Made by a program: the position numbers and the translations under genes
Shown: piece after piece, positions 12,191-26,125 of the stretch
Layout: each line of letters begins with the position of its first letter
Numbering within the stretch: position 1 is the first letter of the stretch
The notes under the pieces: generated by a model
What the model was told of the DNA's origin: nothing
Database searches by the model: none
Seen by the model: the letters and a program-made list of their open reading frames with translations, nothing else
Source of the DNA: Octopus sinensis
Taxonomy: Eukaryota
NCBI RefSeq assembly: GCF_006345805.1
Contig: NC_043006.1
Span: forward strand, 50,964,001-51,028,000
Length of the DNA stretch: 64,000 bases
Direction of reading: 5' to 3'

Positions 12191-13226
12191 AACGTACCAC
12201 TTAGATAAGAAGGTATTTTTTTAAGTTGGGTAACGTTTGAAAACTTTTTATGATGCCAATGACAACAGCATTACTTTTAACAAAGTTCATCAGATGGCGA
12301 TACTACCACTGCTTTATGTAGAAAAATTAATGCCTCGCAATAGAAACCATATATACAAGAAGTAAGAGAGAAAGAAAGAGTGAGAAAGAGGTGGAGTGAT
12401 AGAGGGTAAGAGAGAAAATGAAGAAGGAAATATTTGATTTCAACTATTCCAGTTAAATCTAAATTATTATTTGGAATTAAAGCTATAGAACTATTAGAAG
12501 GAGCAAAGAAGTTGTGTTTCTTAATATGGGCCCTACAAAGCCTAGCCATCACTGGCAAGCGAATATGACCAGGTAGTCTGTAACACGCTCTCGATAATTT
12601 TCAGGTGCTTGGCCCTCCCACTCCTTGAGTTAGTGGAACATCGAGGACGAGGTGCCTGGATGGAGAAAGGGCTGCATCAGCTCTCGGCTAATGTCATTGT
12701 CAACTGAGTAGACTGGATAACGCGAAAAAAAAGTGTCCTGCTCAATAACATAACACATCGCCCGGTCCAGGAATAGAACCTACGACCTTATGATCGCGAG
12801 TCCAACACTCTAACCACTTGGCCACTTGCTTCCACATTCTGGTCTGACACATTATATACCGGAGCAGATCTTGTAGAAAGAGTAAAAAAGAAAAAAGTAG
12901 GAAAATGGGAGAAAGATGTAAAGTTCAGCAAGAATATGTAGTAGCCCTACGGCACATTGTTTGAAAGCAGTGATAGGGATGTGGAAAATTAATCTCTTTG
13001 TTTGGTTGGAACGATCTGAATGAATCCAGATATGTGAAGAGCTTTTTCATCAACTTTCCAAAGCCCTCTTAACTGCCACTTCTCATCTGAGATGTTTCTG
13101 CAACATTACGTCTAATAAAGCCACTACAATTCATACTTGTTTGATTACACATCTATGTTTTTTATAAATGTGTGTGTGTATTTACTTTTAGATAGATAGA
13201 TATACATGTTAGTGTGAGCGTGTATG

Positions 13227-13643
<417 letters not shown>

Positions 13644-14189
13644 TTCTTTTTACAATCACAGTATTTTAGAAATAATTTTAGTTGAAATTTATCAAGAAAA
13701 ATATTTTTTTAAAAAACAGGTTATTAACAAGATATGAAGAGGGACTTTTTTGTCTGTATGAACGCTTTCGGCTATTTTCAACTTTTCCAGACGGCCATAT
13801 GTGCTTATACTCAAAACCCTTTTTATATCTTCCGTCTGAGTTAATCTGCTTTCTTTCAAAGAATTTTTCGAAGACAAGTACAAGAAAGAAAAAGAGACAA
13901 TGCACCATGCAAACATCTAAAATTATGAATCAATACATATTACAATGCGCTATGTGTATTTGTATATACATACATTTTTCGTGAAGTTGCTTCAGTTTAT
14001 TAGACTTCCTTTCTAAACTATTCGCCGCAAGCTCTCATTCCTAGCAGGAATTGTTCTGTTTATTTCTTGCATTTGAAAGTTCGATCTACTGCCTTTTTTT
14101 TTTTTTTTTGTCTCATAATGCTGGACTAATGTTTTTACGTTCATAAATTCCGATGATCAAATTTATTCTTTCCATTTCCTCATTACTCT

Positions 14190-14570
14190 TTTACTCTTTA
14201 CTCTTTTACTTGTTTCAATCATTTGACTGCGGCCATGCTGGAGCACCGCCTTTAGTCGATCAAATCGACCCCGGGACTTATTCTTTGTAAGCCCAGTACT
14301 TATTCTATCGGTCTCTTTTGCCGAACCGCTAAGTTACGGGGACGTAAACACACCAGCATCGGTTGTCAAGCAATGCTAAGGGGACAAACACAGACACACA
14401 AACACACACACATTCATATATATATATACATATATACGACAGGCTTCTTTCAGTTTCCGTCTACCAAATCCACTCACAAGGCATTGGTCGACCCGGGGCT
14501 ATAGCAGATGCCACGCAGTGGGACTGAACCCGGAACCATGTGGTTGGTTAGCAAGCTACTTACCACACAA
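14190..14570 (-). mobile_element. tRNA-derived SINE (same family as 5900-6322)
   Basis: Closely similar to the 5900-6322 copy. Confidence 0.75.
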
Positions 14571-15193
14571 ATATAATTAATATATATATATAATACGCTG
14601 TGTTATCGATGTATATTTAATACACACTTATTCCACTATTAATTACTCTGCATCATATATTCCGCTATGTTCCACTATTACCGTTTATATTCAATTTACC
14701 GAGAAGTATCATGTATTCAACGTTAGCCTATTTGCTTATTTCTTACACTGCACGCAAGTCGTAAGAATTTCTTGCTTTAATCAGAACACAAAAAAATAAA
14801 CAGAAATAATTTGAAATTACAGACTGAAAGTTCAAAAGGCCAAGGTCTGCTGGTTCCTTTTCATGTCTATGCAAGAAATTTTGTTCTTCAGGAACATTTG
14901 CAGTGAATATGAATAATAATGCTTATTATGTACTTCTGTAGCTTTTGCACGGAATGTGTCCAAAATATTGTGAAAGTACAGCTTTTGCTTAAACTAAATC
15001 TGCTGTCCCATGAAAGCCTTTCGAAAATGCATGTAACCTGTTCGTAAGATCATGTAAATATGTGTAAAGATGCATATATTTAGGTAGTTTTTAATAAATA
15101 TACTTGTGCAATAATTGTGAAATTATGTAAAGCATTTATTGTATATTATAACATATAGAATAACGGGTGAATCATTGACTACAAAATATTGTA

Positions 15194-15343
15194 CCGTAAA
15201 TCCTCGAGTATAATCCGCATTTTTCCCCCAAAATTTAACGGTCAAAATCCTTAGTGCGTACTATATACGAGGTTAAAAATGAAAAGTATTTTTTAAGCAA
15301 TGTCTGAGTCTCTATTTGCTGTCCGGCAATGTTTATTCAGACG
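15194..15343 (+). mobile_element. Left end of a Tc2/pogo-type MITE abutting the Tc1 transposase
   Basis: TA|CCGTAAATCCTCGAGTATAATCCGC TIR; ~150 bp matching 16817-16965. Confidence 0.75.
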
Positions 15344-15371
15344 CAGAAAAAGGTAATTAAAATTCACTAAA

Positions 15372-16360
15372 ATGACAGATCTATCAGAGGTCAAATGTTG
15401 GTGCTCGTATGGCAGGCGCTAACGTAACGAAAACAGCCGAAATGTTTGGTGTATTAAGAAGTACTGTCTCAAAAGTAATGATAGCCTTTGAGAAAGAGGG
15501 AAAAGCCTCCTCGTCGAAACAAAACTCCGGAAGAAAACCAAAATTTTCAATAGGCACCGTCGGACTCTTACGCGAATTGTTAGAAAGGATCACAAAAGTA
15601 CAGCTCCCAAAATTACTGCTGAGCTCAATGACCACCTCGAGAACCCAGTTTCCACAAAAACTATTCGCCGGGAGCTGCACAAAGCCGGATTTCATGGGAG
15701 GGCTACAATCAGAAAACTACTACTTTCAAAAACAAACGTTGCAAAGCGTTTAGAGTGGAGTAAAAACCTATAGAATTGGTCCCTAGAATAGTGGAAGAAT
15801 GTTATTTTCTCGGACGAGTCATCCTTTACCTTATTTCCGACCACCGGCCGAGTATATGTGTGGAGACAGCCAAAAAAAGCATTTGACCCAGACTGCCTTC
15901 TTCCAACTGTTAAACATGGAGGAGGATCTGTGATTATCTAGGGGACTATATCTTGGAAATCCGCCGGCCCAATGGTTTCCCTTCGTGGCAGAATTAATAG
16001 TCAAAACTATTTAAGAATTTTATTTGATAAAATTCATCCTATTGTTGCAGAACTGTTTCCGGAGGGAAAAGCAATCTTTCAGGATAATAATGTACCAATT
16101 CATGCAGCTAAATTTGTTACTGAATGGCACGAGGAACATTCTAGTAAAGTTGAACATCTTTTCTGGCCACTACAGTCCCCAGATCTCGATATTATTGAAC
16201 ATTTATGGTGCATCTTAGAAAAACAAGTAAGGAGTCGATATCCTCCACCATCACCACTACAAGAACTGGAGACAAAATGGACATAAATTCCTCTGGAAAC
16301 AATTCAAACTTTGTACGACCCATACCTCGTAGAATTCAAGCTGTAATTACTGCCAAAGTG
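15372..16360 (+). pseudogene. Decayed Tc1-family (DD34E-type) transposase
   Basis: VGARMAGANVTKTAEMFGV..SGRKPK; WKNVIFSDESSF; TVKHGGGSV; IFQDNNVPIH; WPLQSPDLDIIEHLW; in-frame stops and frameshifts. Confidence 0.9.
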
Positions 16361-16816
16361 TGCCGGAACGTCCAGTCTTTCAGATGAAAATTTTCACTCC
16401 TAAACATAGCGAACCACTTACGAATAGTCCTCTCAGCAATGGAACCATCACAATAAACGATGCATTTTTTTCTACATCTTTTTTTTTTACTTTCCGAAAA
16501 TAACAGAGCATCAAATGAAGAAAATGTATCTCATTTTCTTCCATCTTCAACTCAAATGTAAAAACAGTAGAAATACACTATTCACACGGCTATCGTATAG
16601 AAAGACGTGTCGGAATGTCACCTTACAGAAAATATGTCGTGTGTTTCTGTCACATGACAAACGAAAGGCAAAACGGTACGAACTTTTGTTTCAACCCTAT
16701 GCACATGTGCACGCACGCATGCACTTACGTACATACATACATACATACATACATATGCGCGCGTACTCAAACACACACATACACATATTCCTTCGTTTTC
16801 CCTTTCAAAATATATA

Positions 16817-17327
16817 CTGTAAATCCTCGAGTATAATCCGCATTTTTTCCCAAAATTTAACGGTTAAAATCCCTAGTGCGTACTATACACGAGGTTAAAA
16901 ATGAAAATTATTTTCTAAGCAATGTCCGAGTTTCTATTTGCTGTCCGGCAATGTTTATTCAGACTCATTTTGTGATGTCGGGGCGATAATACCTTAAGCT
17001 AAGCCTGAAAGCAATGAAGTCATAAAAGAATCATCCATAACTTGCAGTTAGCAACATTTATTAAACGTTATTACTGTTATTTCTTTATTTTCAGCAAACA
17101 AAATGCACAAAAATGCTACACGTTTGCATTATGTTATATATACAATAATAATAAAGGACGTTACCGTATACATTTTTACAAACCAAGGACGTTATATAGA
17201 CCTCCTTCAGTCAAGTTAGAGAAGGGGTGCGTATTATACACAACTTTTAGATTTTTCAGAAGTACAGCCCCACAAAAAATCCCCTGCGTATTATACTCAA
17301 GGGCGGATTATACTCGAGGATTTACGG
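16817..17327. mobile_element. Tc2/pogo-type MITE (~510 bp) with TA TSD
   Basis: TA|CTGTAAATCCTCGAGTATAATCCGC ... GCGGATTATACTCGAGGATTTACGG|TA. Confidence 0.85.
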
Positions 17328-18169
17328 TACTCGAAACGTCACTCTGAGAAACACTTGTGGGCGGTTGCATATCCGACCGGTAAGTATCTAGTTAACTCGA
17401 GCCTTGTGAGTAAAATTAGATAGAAAATGTGTGAAAATCAGATGGACTGCACCCTTAATTGAAATGGCCAGTTTTGTCACTCACTGTCACATCAATTATG
17501 CCCCAGCTTTCGTGTTATATGTACATGTGTCTGTGACGTAGTCAGCCACTTGCACAATAATTGAGCGAGTAGTTAATTGAGTTGAACGAACAACTAAAGA
17601 AGTATTCATTGTCGAAACGAACAGAGGATTCCCCCCCCCCCACTCTTCATTCGTCGGTTCTTATGCAAATATATTTATTTCCTGGCATAAAATGATGAAA
17701 AGATACTATCCCAGGACTTGTTTTCATTGACCTCATTTTAGTAACATCATTTAATATTTTATTAAAAAATTTCAGTAATTTATGAGAATTATATATAAAA
17801 ATTATATATAAAAATATAGTTTAATGATACTGTCAATATCTTTCCTACAATTCTCTGTTGTTAATTACAAAATTATTAATTTAGCATATTGTTTAATACA
17901 ATTAAGATGTTTATTTTTATACATCTACGTTATATACAATATGTTTTACGAATTCAAGTCCCGCTGCGATCGATTTCATTTTTTTCATCCTTCTAACATT
18001 GTCGAAACGATTTTATATCCTCGCTGCAATATCATTTCTATGTTTTGGAGAGAAATTTTCTTTTCTTTTTTACTTTTTAATTTAGAAATTAATTCTTCTA
18101 TCTTTTAGTTAACTATTGATTTATTTTCTAATTTATATACAATTTTTCTTCCCTTGGATTTCTTTTCAG

Positions 18170-18327
18170 TTTGAAAAACACATTCCACATTTTTGAGAAA
18201 ACCGGCGGGAAATTCTGATTAACGAAGAAAACAAAACTCAAAGAAGCAGACGTAGGCGAACTTTCTATACAAATTTTTAGAAGTCAATAAGTTTGGTGAA
18301 CGACTCTAACTAATATATTTATTGGCT
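18170..18327 (+). promoter_or_regulatory. Putative HOP2 proximal promoter with E2F, CHR-like and inverted CCAAT motifs
   Basis: TTTGAA at 18170-18175, GGCGGGAAA at 18204-18212 and ATTGG at 18321-18325, just upstream of the ATG at 18335. Confidence 0.35.
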
Positions 18328-18334
18328 GTCAACG

Positions 18335-18353
18335 ATGAGCAAAAACAAAGACG
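18335..18353 (+). CDS. PSMC3IP: HOP2 coding exon 1 (MSKNKD)
   Basis: ATG...GACG|gtaata; phase 1 matches exon 2. Confidence 0.7.
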
Positions 18354-21300
18354 GTAATATAACACTTCTATTTCCTTTTAACCCAAAACAAATTAAAACC
18401 GATATTGTTTGTCTTAGTATTTCCTTTAAAAAAGAAGCGACATATCGAATAACGTAGTCCTAAATAAACAAAAAGTCGGGGAAGTCACGGCTAGACTACC
18501 TTTAAGCATAGGTCCTTTTTAATCAGAACTAATTTAGTGCTATAATACAACTCGTCTTTAGGTTCTTCCGTTGTGTAAGTGTGTAATGTATTCGTGCATT
18601 AAACAATAACATTGGTTTGTTTACGAAGTCTGTTATTCCATTACAGGCGTACAGTCCGTGTTAGGGTTGGGGTCTTTGTTACGCCGAAAACTGGTGGTGT
18701 ACGTATTCTTTACCTCCGCCCCATTACATACATGTTATATAATTCTGACAGTCACTAGAATTTGTAAATAGTAGTCAAAGTTATTCAGTTTCAAGTCGGA
18801 CCTAATCCAATCTCATCAGTTTATATTATTTACATATTCTATCAAGTATTATCCCATGTATCCTTGTAGCCTTTGCTACATATTCTATCAAGTATTATCC
18901 CATGTATCCATGTAGCCTTGGATAACACTAGTGGCGTGGAGAGGGGAGGCCAGTATGCATGGGCGACTGCAGTCTTCCATAAACAACCTTGCCCGGACAT
19001 GTGCCCAGGAGGGTAACTTTCCAGGTGCAATCCTATTAAAAGAAAGGTGTATAAAGAACTTTGTGGTTAAATATTTTTTCAGGCTCTGCAATGCAATTGG
19101 TCATATTTTGGTCATATTTCTACTAACAGAATTCACAATACAATTGACTAATATCTTGAGGTTCTGCATTGACTATAAAGAGAACGGGGGTGTGAACTTC
19201 TCTCTAATGCTGCTGCAATGGTCGTTGCGTGTGGACGTACATCGTACATGTGTGAAGTTTTCTGCTTTGTACCTTGACTTTAGGCCATTGTATTAAAATT
19301 AATGAGCGTGTTAAATTTAGTGTTGTTTACATTTAGTGATGAATTATAAGCCAATAATGTGTCATGATATTGAATGTCCAATATTTGGTACTCCATGTGA
19401 TCTTAGCGAGCGAGTTTTGCCAACTTAGAAGGACTTACTAAAATGTGTTATATTTGAATGAGAAAAAGAAAATAATGTAGTTAAGAAAGATCCCTCAATT
19501 AAACAAATTGTCAAGATTGCAGCAGAAAAGATAATTCTTCTTTGGCAAAAGGCATCTATCCCTTGTGTTATGACTGAGTCAGTTAAACCAAAAATCTTAA
19601 ACTTTTATCGAAAGTACCAAGTATTACTAAAATCTGTGAAAAATAGCAAACATGTGCCACCATTTCAAACAAAGTGTAATGTGTTTAAAAATAATGCAAC
19701 AAAAGATTTGTCTGACATTTCCTGTTGCAAGTGCAACTTCTTTAAAAACTGCAGTTGTAGGAGAGACAAAAAAGTACCACAGAGAGAATAAGATTTTTTA
19801 CAGGATCAACGGACAAATCGAAAAATAATCATTGACGGAATAGATCAAGCAGTATCTAAACAGAGTATTGAGAGGTTGATTAGAAAGAATCGGCCAGATC
19901 ACAGTCGCCCTTCTACGTCAGCAAAGGATTCTGAATTGATAGCGTTTTCATCAAGCAGTGAATATGGAAATGGATCAGCAGGCAAAGATGAAGATTTTCC
20001 AGTTCCATTTTCCATGGAACAAAAAGACATCAGCAAAAACCTAAGTTCAAAAACACCAATAAAACGAACGAAATTCCCAGAATTCTGCCCGTGACTGCAC
20101 CTGTGTGTCAGACCATACTGCTGCTCTTCTTACAAGTTTGGTCAACAGCCACTTAATGGTAAATACATCTGGTGAATGTTCTTTTGTTATGGACAGATCA
20201 AAAGTATGGTGGGAATGATCCAGCAAACGTAAATCCTTGCAACAGGAAGGTAGGCCACATAAACCATTGTCTGACATAAACCATTGTATTTTGATGGAAA
20301 GAGGGACACTACCCTCATAAGTGAACAAATGGAAAAAACATTTTGTAAGAAAACAATTCAAGAACACATTTCATTGATAAAAGAACCTGAGTCCTGCTAT
20401 CTTGGGTACTTTGTTGTTAAAATGGGTTCTGCAAAAGTCATTTCCAATGGTTTGTTGATTTATTTGGAAACCAATGAAATAGTAACCAATCATATGATAG
20501 TTGTAGGTTACAATGGTACTGCAGTCAGTACAGGACTAAAAGGAGGCACCATTAGATTTTTGGAGGATAAATTGAAGAAGCCATTGCATTAGTTTGTGTG
20601 TCAGCACCACGCAAATGAGATTCCCTTATGCCATCTTATTAAAGATCTCAACGGAAAATCTACTGGGCCAATTGGTAAGAGACTGGAGCAATGTAAAACA
20701 CTAAGTGTTGTGGAATTTAATCAGATTCCTACAGACTTAGCATCAGTGGACAGAAACAATCTCAGCACTGATCAAAAATAGTTTCTTTGATATCCACCAG
20801 TCTATTTCTGAAGGGAAATAATCATCTCAAATGGCATTAAGGAATCCCAGTAAAATGGCACATTCTCGATGACTTACAACTGTAGATTGTATACTACAGT
20901 TGTATGTTGCCATTGAGAATCCTTCTAACACAATGAAATTAATTGTTTACATAATGAAAGTTTGTGCCAATGTGGTTCACAAGCGCAACTCTTCCTTGGA
21001 AAATGGGGCTCTGATACAATGGGATACTTTCTTTGCGCACCCAGAAAATATTTTGCTGGCCATGATAAACGATGAACAGGGCCACATTCGTGAACTAGCT
21101 TATAAAGCAGGCTCAAGCACAGTTTAAAAGGAAATCTGTGCAACCTTTCAAAATTCCTACCCTAAACTTTACTGGCCCAAACTACATGGACATAATTTTA
21201 ACTGGCAGGACACTATTGTTACTGAACAGGCATTTTCCGATGAAGAAAGCGATACTACCATTCAACAGCAGCATTTGACGCAACTGGAAAAATTACCGTG

Positions 21301-24300
21301 CCACACCCAAGCTGTGGAGAGATGTGTAAAACTCCTGACAGTAGCATCATCTAATGTTTATGATGAGAACAGTTGAAAAGGTTTCATTAGGAGTCGAATC
21401 GAATCAAGAGAAAAAAATTCCGGTGTTCGAGACAAAAAAGGACTTCAAAATGAGAGTTAACCCTTTAGTGTTCAGAATACTCTGTTAAATGTAATACTTT
21501 TTCACTCAAATTGTTTTGAATTAATCATGCATTATCTTATAGCTTTGAGGTTTCAATGATGTGATTGTTTATTTTCAGAATGGCATTGTAGGTTAGGAGT
21601 GAGAGGCTAGATATCGCCAGTTTGAATATAAAACATGTAGAATATATTGGGCCGGATTTGACCGGTTTAAACACTAAAGGGTTAATACAGCAATAAACAA
21701 TTAGAGTTGTTTAGTTTTAGCTATTTTGAACAGAACAAACAGCATTATGTCATTTTAGGAATTTCCAAAAGAACATATCTTTGACTGTTCCATTCTTTTA
21801 TTTGAGAGTGTGATGCTAATTCTCGTCTTCGAAAAAAATTAATTGGCTTTATTACTGGAACAAAAAGGAATGCACTACAACAATTTGTATTATATAGTTA
21901 CATGGAATTCATCATCATCATCATCATTTAACGTCCACTTTCCATGCTAGCATGGGTTGGACGATTTGACTGAGGACTGGCAAACCAGATGTCTGCACCA
22001 GGCTCCAATCTGATCTGGCAGAGTTTCTACAGCTGGATGCCCTTCCTAATGCCAATTTCGAATAAATTGGAAATGTTAATTATTTTTATCACCGTATGGG
22101 TCAAGAATCAAAATTGATTTACACGTAATTTCATTTTAATGTGTGTGTAGTCTTGACCTCGTGTAACACATATATTTGGTGACCTAGTATTAAAAATAAT
22201 AAAGAAAACGAAGTTTATTTATTTCACATAATTTTGAAATTACAAGTGCATTGTGGAGCATCATCATCGTCGTTTAGCGTCCGTTTTCCATGCTAGCATG
22301 GGTTGGACGGTTCAACTGGGGTCTGTGAAGCCAGAAGGCTTCATCAGGCCCAGTCAGATCTGGCAGTGTTTCTACGGCTAGATGCCCTTCCTAACGCCAA
22401 CCACTCCGTGAGTGTAGTGGGTGCTTTTTACGTGCCACCTGCACAGGTGCCAGACAGAGCTGGCAAACGGCCATGAACGGATGGTGCTTTTTATGTGCCA
22501 CCGGCACAGGGGCCAGGCGAGGCTGGCAACGGACACGAACGAATGGAGCCTGAAGACATAAACTTTAGAGCTTGAGATTTTAACACTCATGTTTTTAAAG
22601 GATTTCGCAAAAGAAAATCGATTCATAACAATGATTTTCGTAATATTTTAATATTTTATTCAATGTTATTTGGCACCATACAAGCATTTTCTATGTTTCA
22701 GTACAAAAAGCAGTTTTGGAGTATCTTAATCAACAAAATCGTCCTTATAGTGCAATTGATGTATTCAACAACCTTCATAAAGAATATGGCAAAACAGTAA
22801 GTTCTTTCTTAAAACTGTAAAACAAAATGTTTACTTGTTTCTTGTCTTTGGTCAGTAAAGGTTATTTCCTATTTGCTTCTCTCTAGAAATCAAGAGAAAT
22901 AACAACTATTCCCTTCAAATTTTGGGACCTGGACATTGTTTTCAAACTGACATATTTTCCATTACACTACAGACAGATTCAGTGTTAAGTTGCTGAAGCA
23001 GAAACATCATTATAACAAATATTCTGCTCAAAACACAGATTTACTTGTCAATTACTTGACCATAACCACTTGAGCTTGTCCCTTAGTGGTTGATAATATG
23101 TGTATCTCTGATCATGAGCAAGAATAGTGGAGGAGCATTATAGCCATGTGTTGAGAGCGATTCTTTGGGGTTTGAATAAATGTATGAAAGCCATTTTTCA
23201 TACCTTCTAGGGGTAAGCAGACAGGAAATAACAGTTGCTACCCAAAGACAAAAATCATGTTACACTGTGTATTTTTTTTCATTATCTAAACATTCTCAGA
23301 TATTGCCTATTTTTTTTTGTTATTTATCTGTTAGGTATAGATCAGTCATCCTCACCTAGGGTACATATGACCTAATAAGATGTTTTTTTTTAAACATCGA
23401 ACGGCTATGGAAGTCTTGTAAGGTAAAAGAGGAATCAAAGGGATAATATTTTGAGAGATTTGGAGTATTTGATATTAAGAATTTTAAAACACCTGCAAAC
23501 AGGAAAATTACAAATTGCTAACAAGTTTATAGTCAGATTGTTTGCCAGCATAAAACATGGCAGTCCTGGTTTAGGATGAATGTTGCTGTAATTTAGCCCC
23601 AGGAGATGTCATCTCCAGCTGGTTATATGACATGATCTGTGTCCTTATATTTTCGAACAAGGGAATCTAGCACCCCAACTCAGCTCAAAACAATATCTGT
23701 GTATTGCGATTTCCAGGTTATTTCCCTTCATCAGCACAGAATAATTGTTCGGCTAGAAGTAGTGCTGCCAAATTCTCGTTCGAAATATATAGTTTTCAAA
23801 GTGACAACTAGTCACTGATCTATAAATTAGAAAATTACTATTTATAGATCAGTGACTAGTTGTCACTTTGAAAACTATATATTTCGAATGAGAATTTGGC
23901 AGCGCCACCTCTAGCCAAACAATTATTCTGTGCTGATGAAGGGAAATAACCTGGAAATCGCAATACACAGATATTGTTTTGAACTGAGTGGGGGTGCTAG
24001 ATTCCCTTGTTCGAAAATATAAGGACACAGATCGTGTCATATAGCCAGCCAGAGATGATATCTCCTGGGGCTAAATTACCACAACATTTGTCCTAAATTA
24101 GGACTGCCATGTTATGTTGGCAAACAATCTTTACTCCAAAGTACTGTTGCTGAATATTTCTCATTGTTAGAAAATTACAAATAGTAATTTTCTAAGTTTA
24201 TGGTCAGTAAAATTATAAACAATAATATGCCCTCTGCTACAAATCTTAGTTTTTCTACATTTAGTGGAATTGTCAACTGTATAGTAACTGGACACATAAA

Positions 24301-26078
24301 AATTACAAAGTCTGATCATGACTGAACAACAAAATTTCTTAAATTACAGCCTACCATCTTAAAAAAAGGATGGACTCATTGGACAGTGTAATCCTAGATA
24401 CACAAAAAGATGGTCAGTCATGACTGCAAAGCTTTTTGATCGCAAGTCTGCTCATTCAGAGCTAATCTGGAGCTAAAACAAATTTCAACTGATCTGTCCC
24501 AAGCTTAGAGGCCTATCAAACTTATTCCAGTTTTAGAGCTTATTCTAGTTTTTGTGGGATTTAAGTGACTGGAGTACTAGTCCCCACCTTCCATTGCTAA
24601 ATGGGATGCCAGTCCATCACTGAGTTAACTCACAAATACCACTGGTTCTTATTTTCAGGCAAGTAGACTGGAGCAATGTGAAATGAAATACCTTACTCAA
24701 GGACTATGTGCCACCTGCTCAGGAATTGAACTTACAAGCTAAGTATCATGAACCCAGCTCTTAAACCATTTGGCCTCTAGAATCATCAGAATTATAAATT
24801 CTAACAGATTAGGACCTGGATATTATTTTATGTGCTAAGTCACTTTATACTTTTATTTACTCATGCCTCTAACTTTTTTTTTTTTTTTGGTAGGGTGCTG
24901 GGGTGTCTTGCCTTCCATTTTATTCTTTCTCACCTTAAAAGTTTTTTGTCTCCACCTTTTTCATGTTTTCTTAGGCTGTTACAAAATCCCTTGATGAATT
25001 GGCTGAATCTGGCAAAATTAAAAAGAAAACCTATGGCAAACAGTGTGTGTATGTTGCCAACCAGGTAGTTTTTAACTTAACATTTATATTACTGCTATTT
25101 ATATGGAGCATTTCTGTTATTACTCCTGTTTTATATTTTAATCTAATTACATTATTTTATAACATGAACTTCACTCCTTATGCTGTCATTACGTTCGTGT
25201 TTTTGAAAGACAAATGCAATGGCAAATGTAATAAATTTATTCACCATTTCATACACTGACACCAGAGCTTAAATGTCACTGTGTCTATCTAATCCAACCA
25301 AAGTCACAGTGACTGCTTAACTATGTGGATATAAAAAACAATAAACGTCACCCTTTTCAAGCCTAGCCAGGCTCATGGGCCCGGTTTCTGTGGCACATGT
25401 GTTCCCCCCAGCTAGACAGGATGCCAGTCCATTGCAGCATTACTCAAGAACCAGGAAGAGAGAGAGTGAGAGAAAGTTGTGGTGAAAGTGTACAACAGGG
25501 GTCGCCACCACCCCCAGCTGGAGCCTTGTGGAGCTTTTAGGTGTTTTCACTCAATAAACACACACAATGCCTGGTCTGGGAATCGAAACCGCGATCCTCC
25601 GACCTCAAGTCCACTGCCCTAACCACTGGGCCATTGCGCCTCCACAACTATGTGGATATATTAACCTATACTTTGAGTTATACATTATCATTTCTTAACT
25701 ATGTGAGAGTGGTGCATTAGCCTGTACTTACCACAACACTACAGTGGTAAATGTCATTGTCTGTGTTCATTGCAAGGTTACAATGACTCGTTAATTAGAT
25801 GAATCTATTATCTGGTTCTTTCTCATGCACCAGAGTTAAAAACATCACTATGTACCTTATGCTTGAGATATTTGTCTCTACTTTCCATCATAGCACATCA
25901 ACATGCTTTTACTTCCAGTCCATTTTATGTTAGGGCAGACTTTCACTGCTCTGTCAATTCTTCTAGCTATCTTTATTTACAAACAGTTACATGTTGTTTC
26001 GCTCCTTGTTATCCCCCACCACTAATCAAGCAAATCTGTGATCAAAGATGTTCCAACTGTGACCATCCTGTGTGTTTC

Positions 26079-26125
<47 letters not shown>

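Larger units (their letters stand above)
10391..12455 (+). repeat. Pair of ~185-bp direct repeats (10391-10576 and 12267-12455)
   Basis: agcattacttttaacaaagttcatcagat...caactattccagttaaa occurs twice with few differences. Confidence 0.85.
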
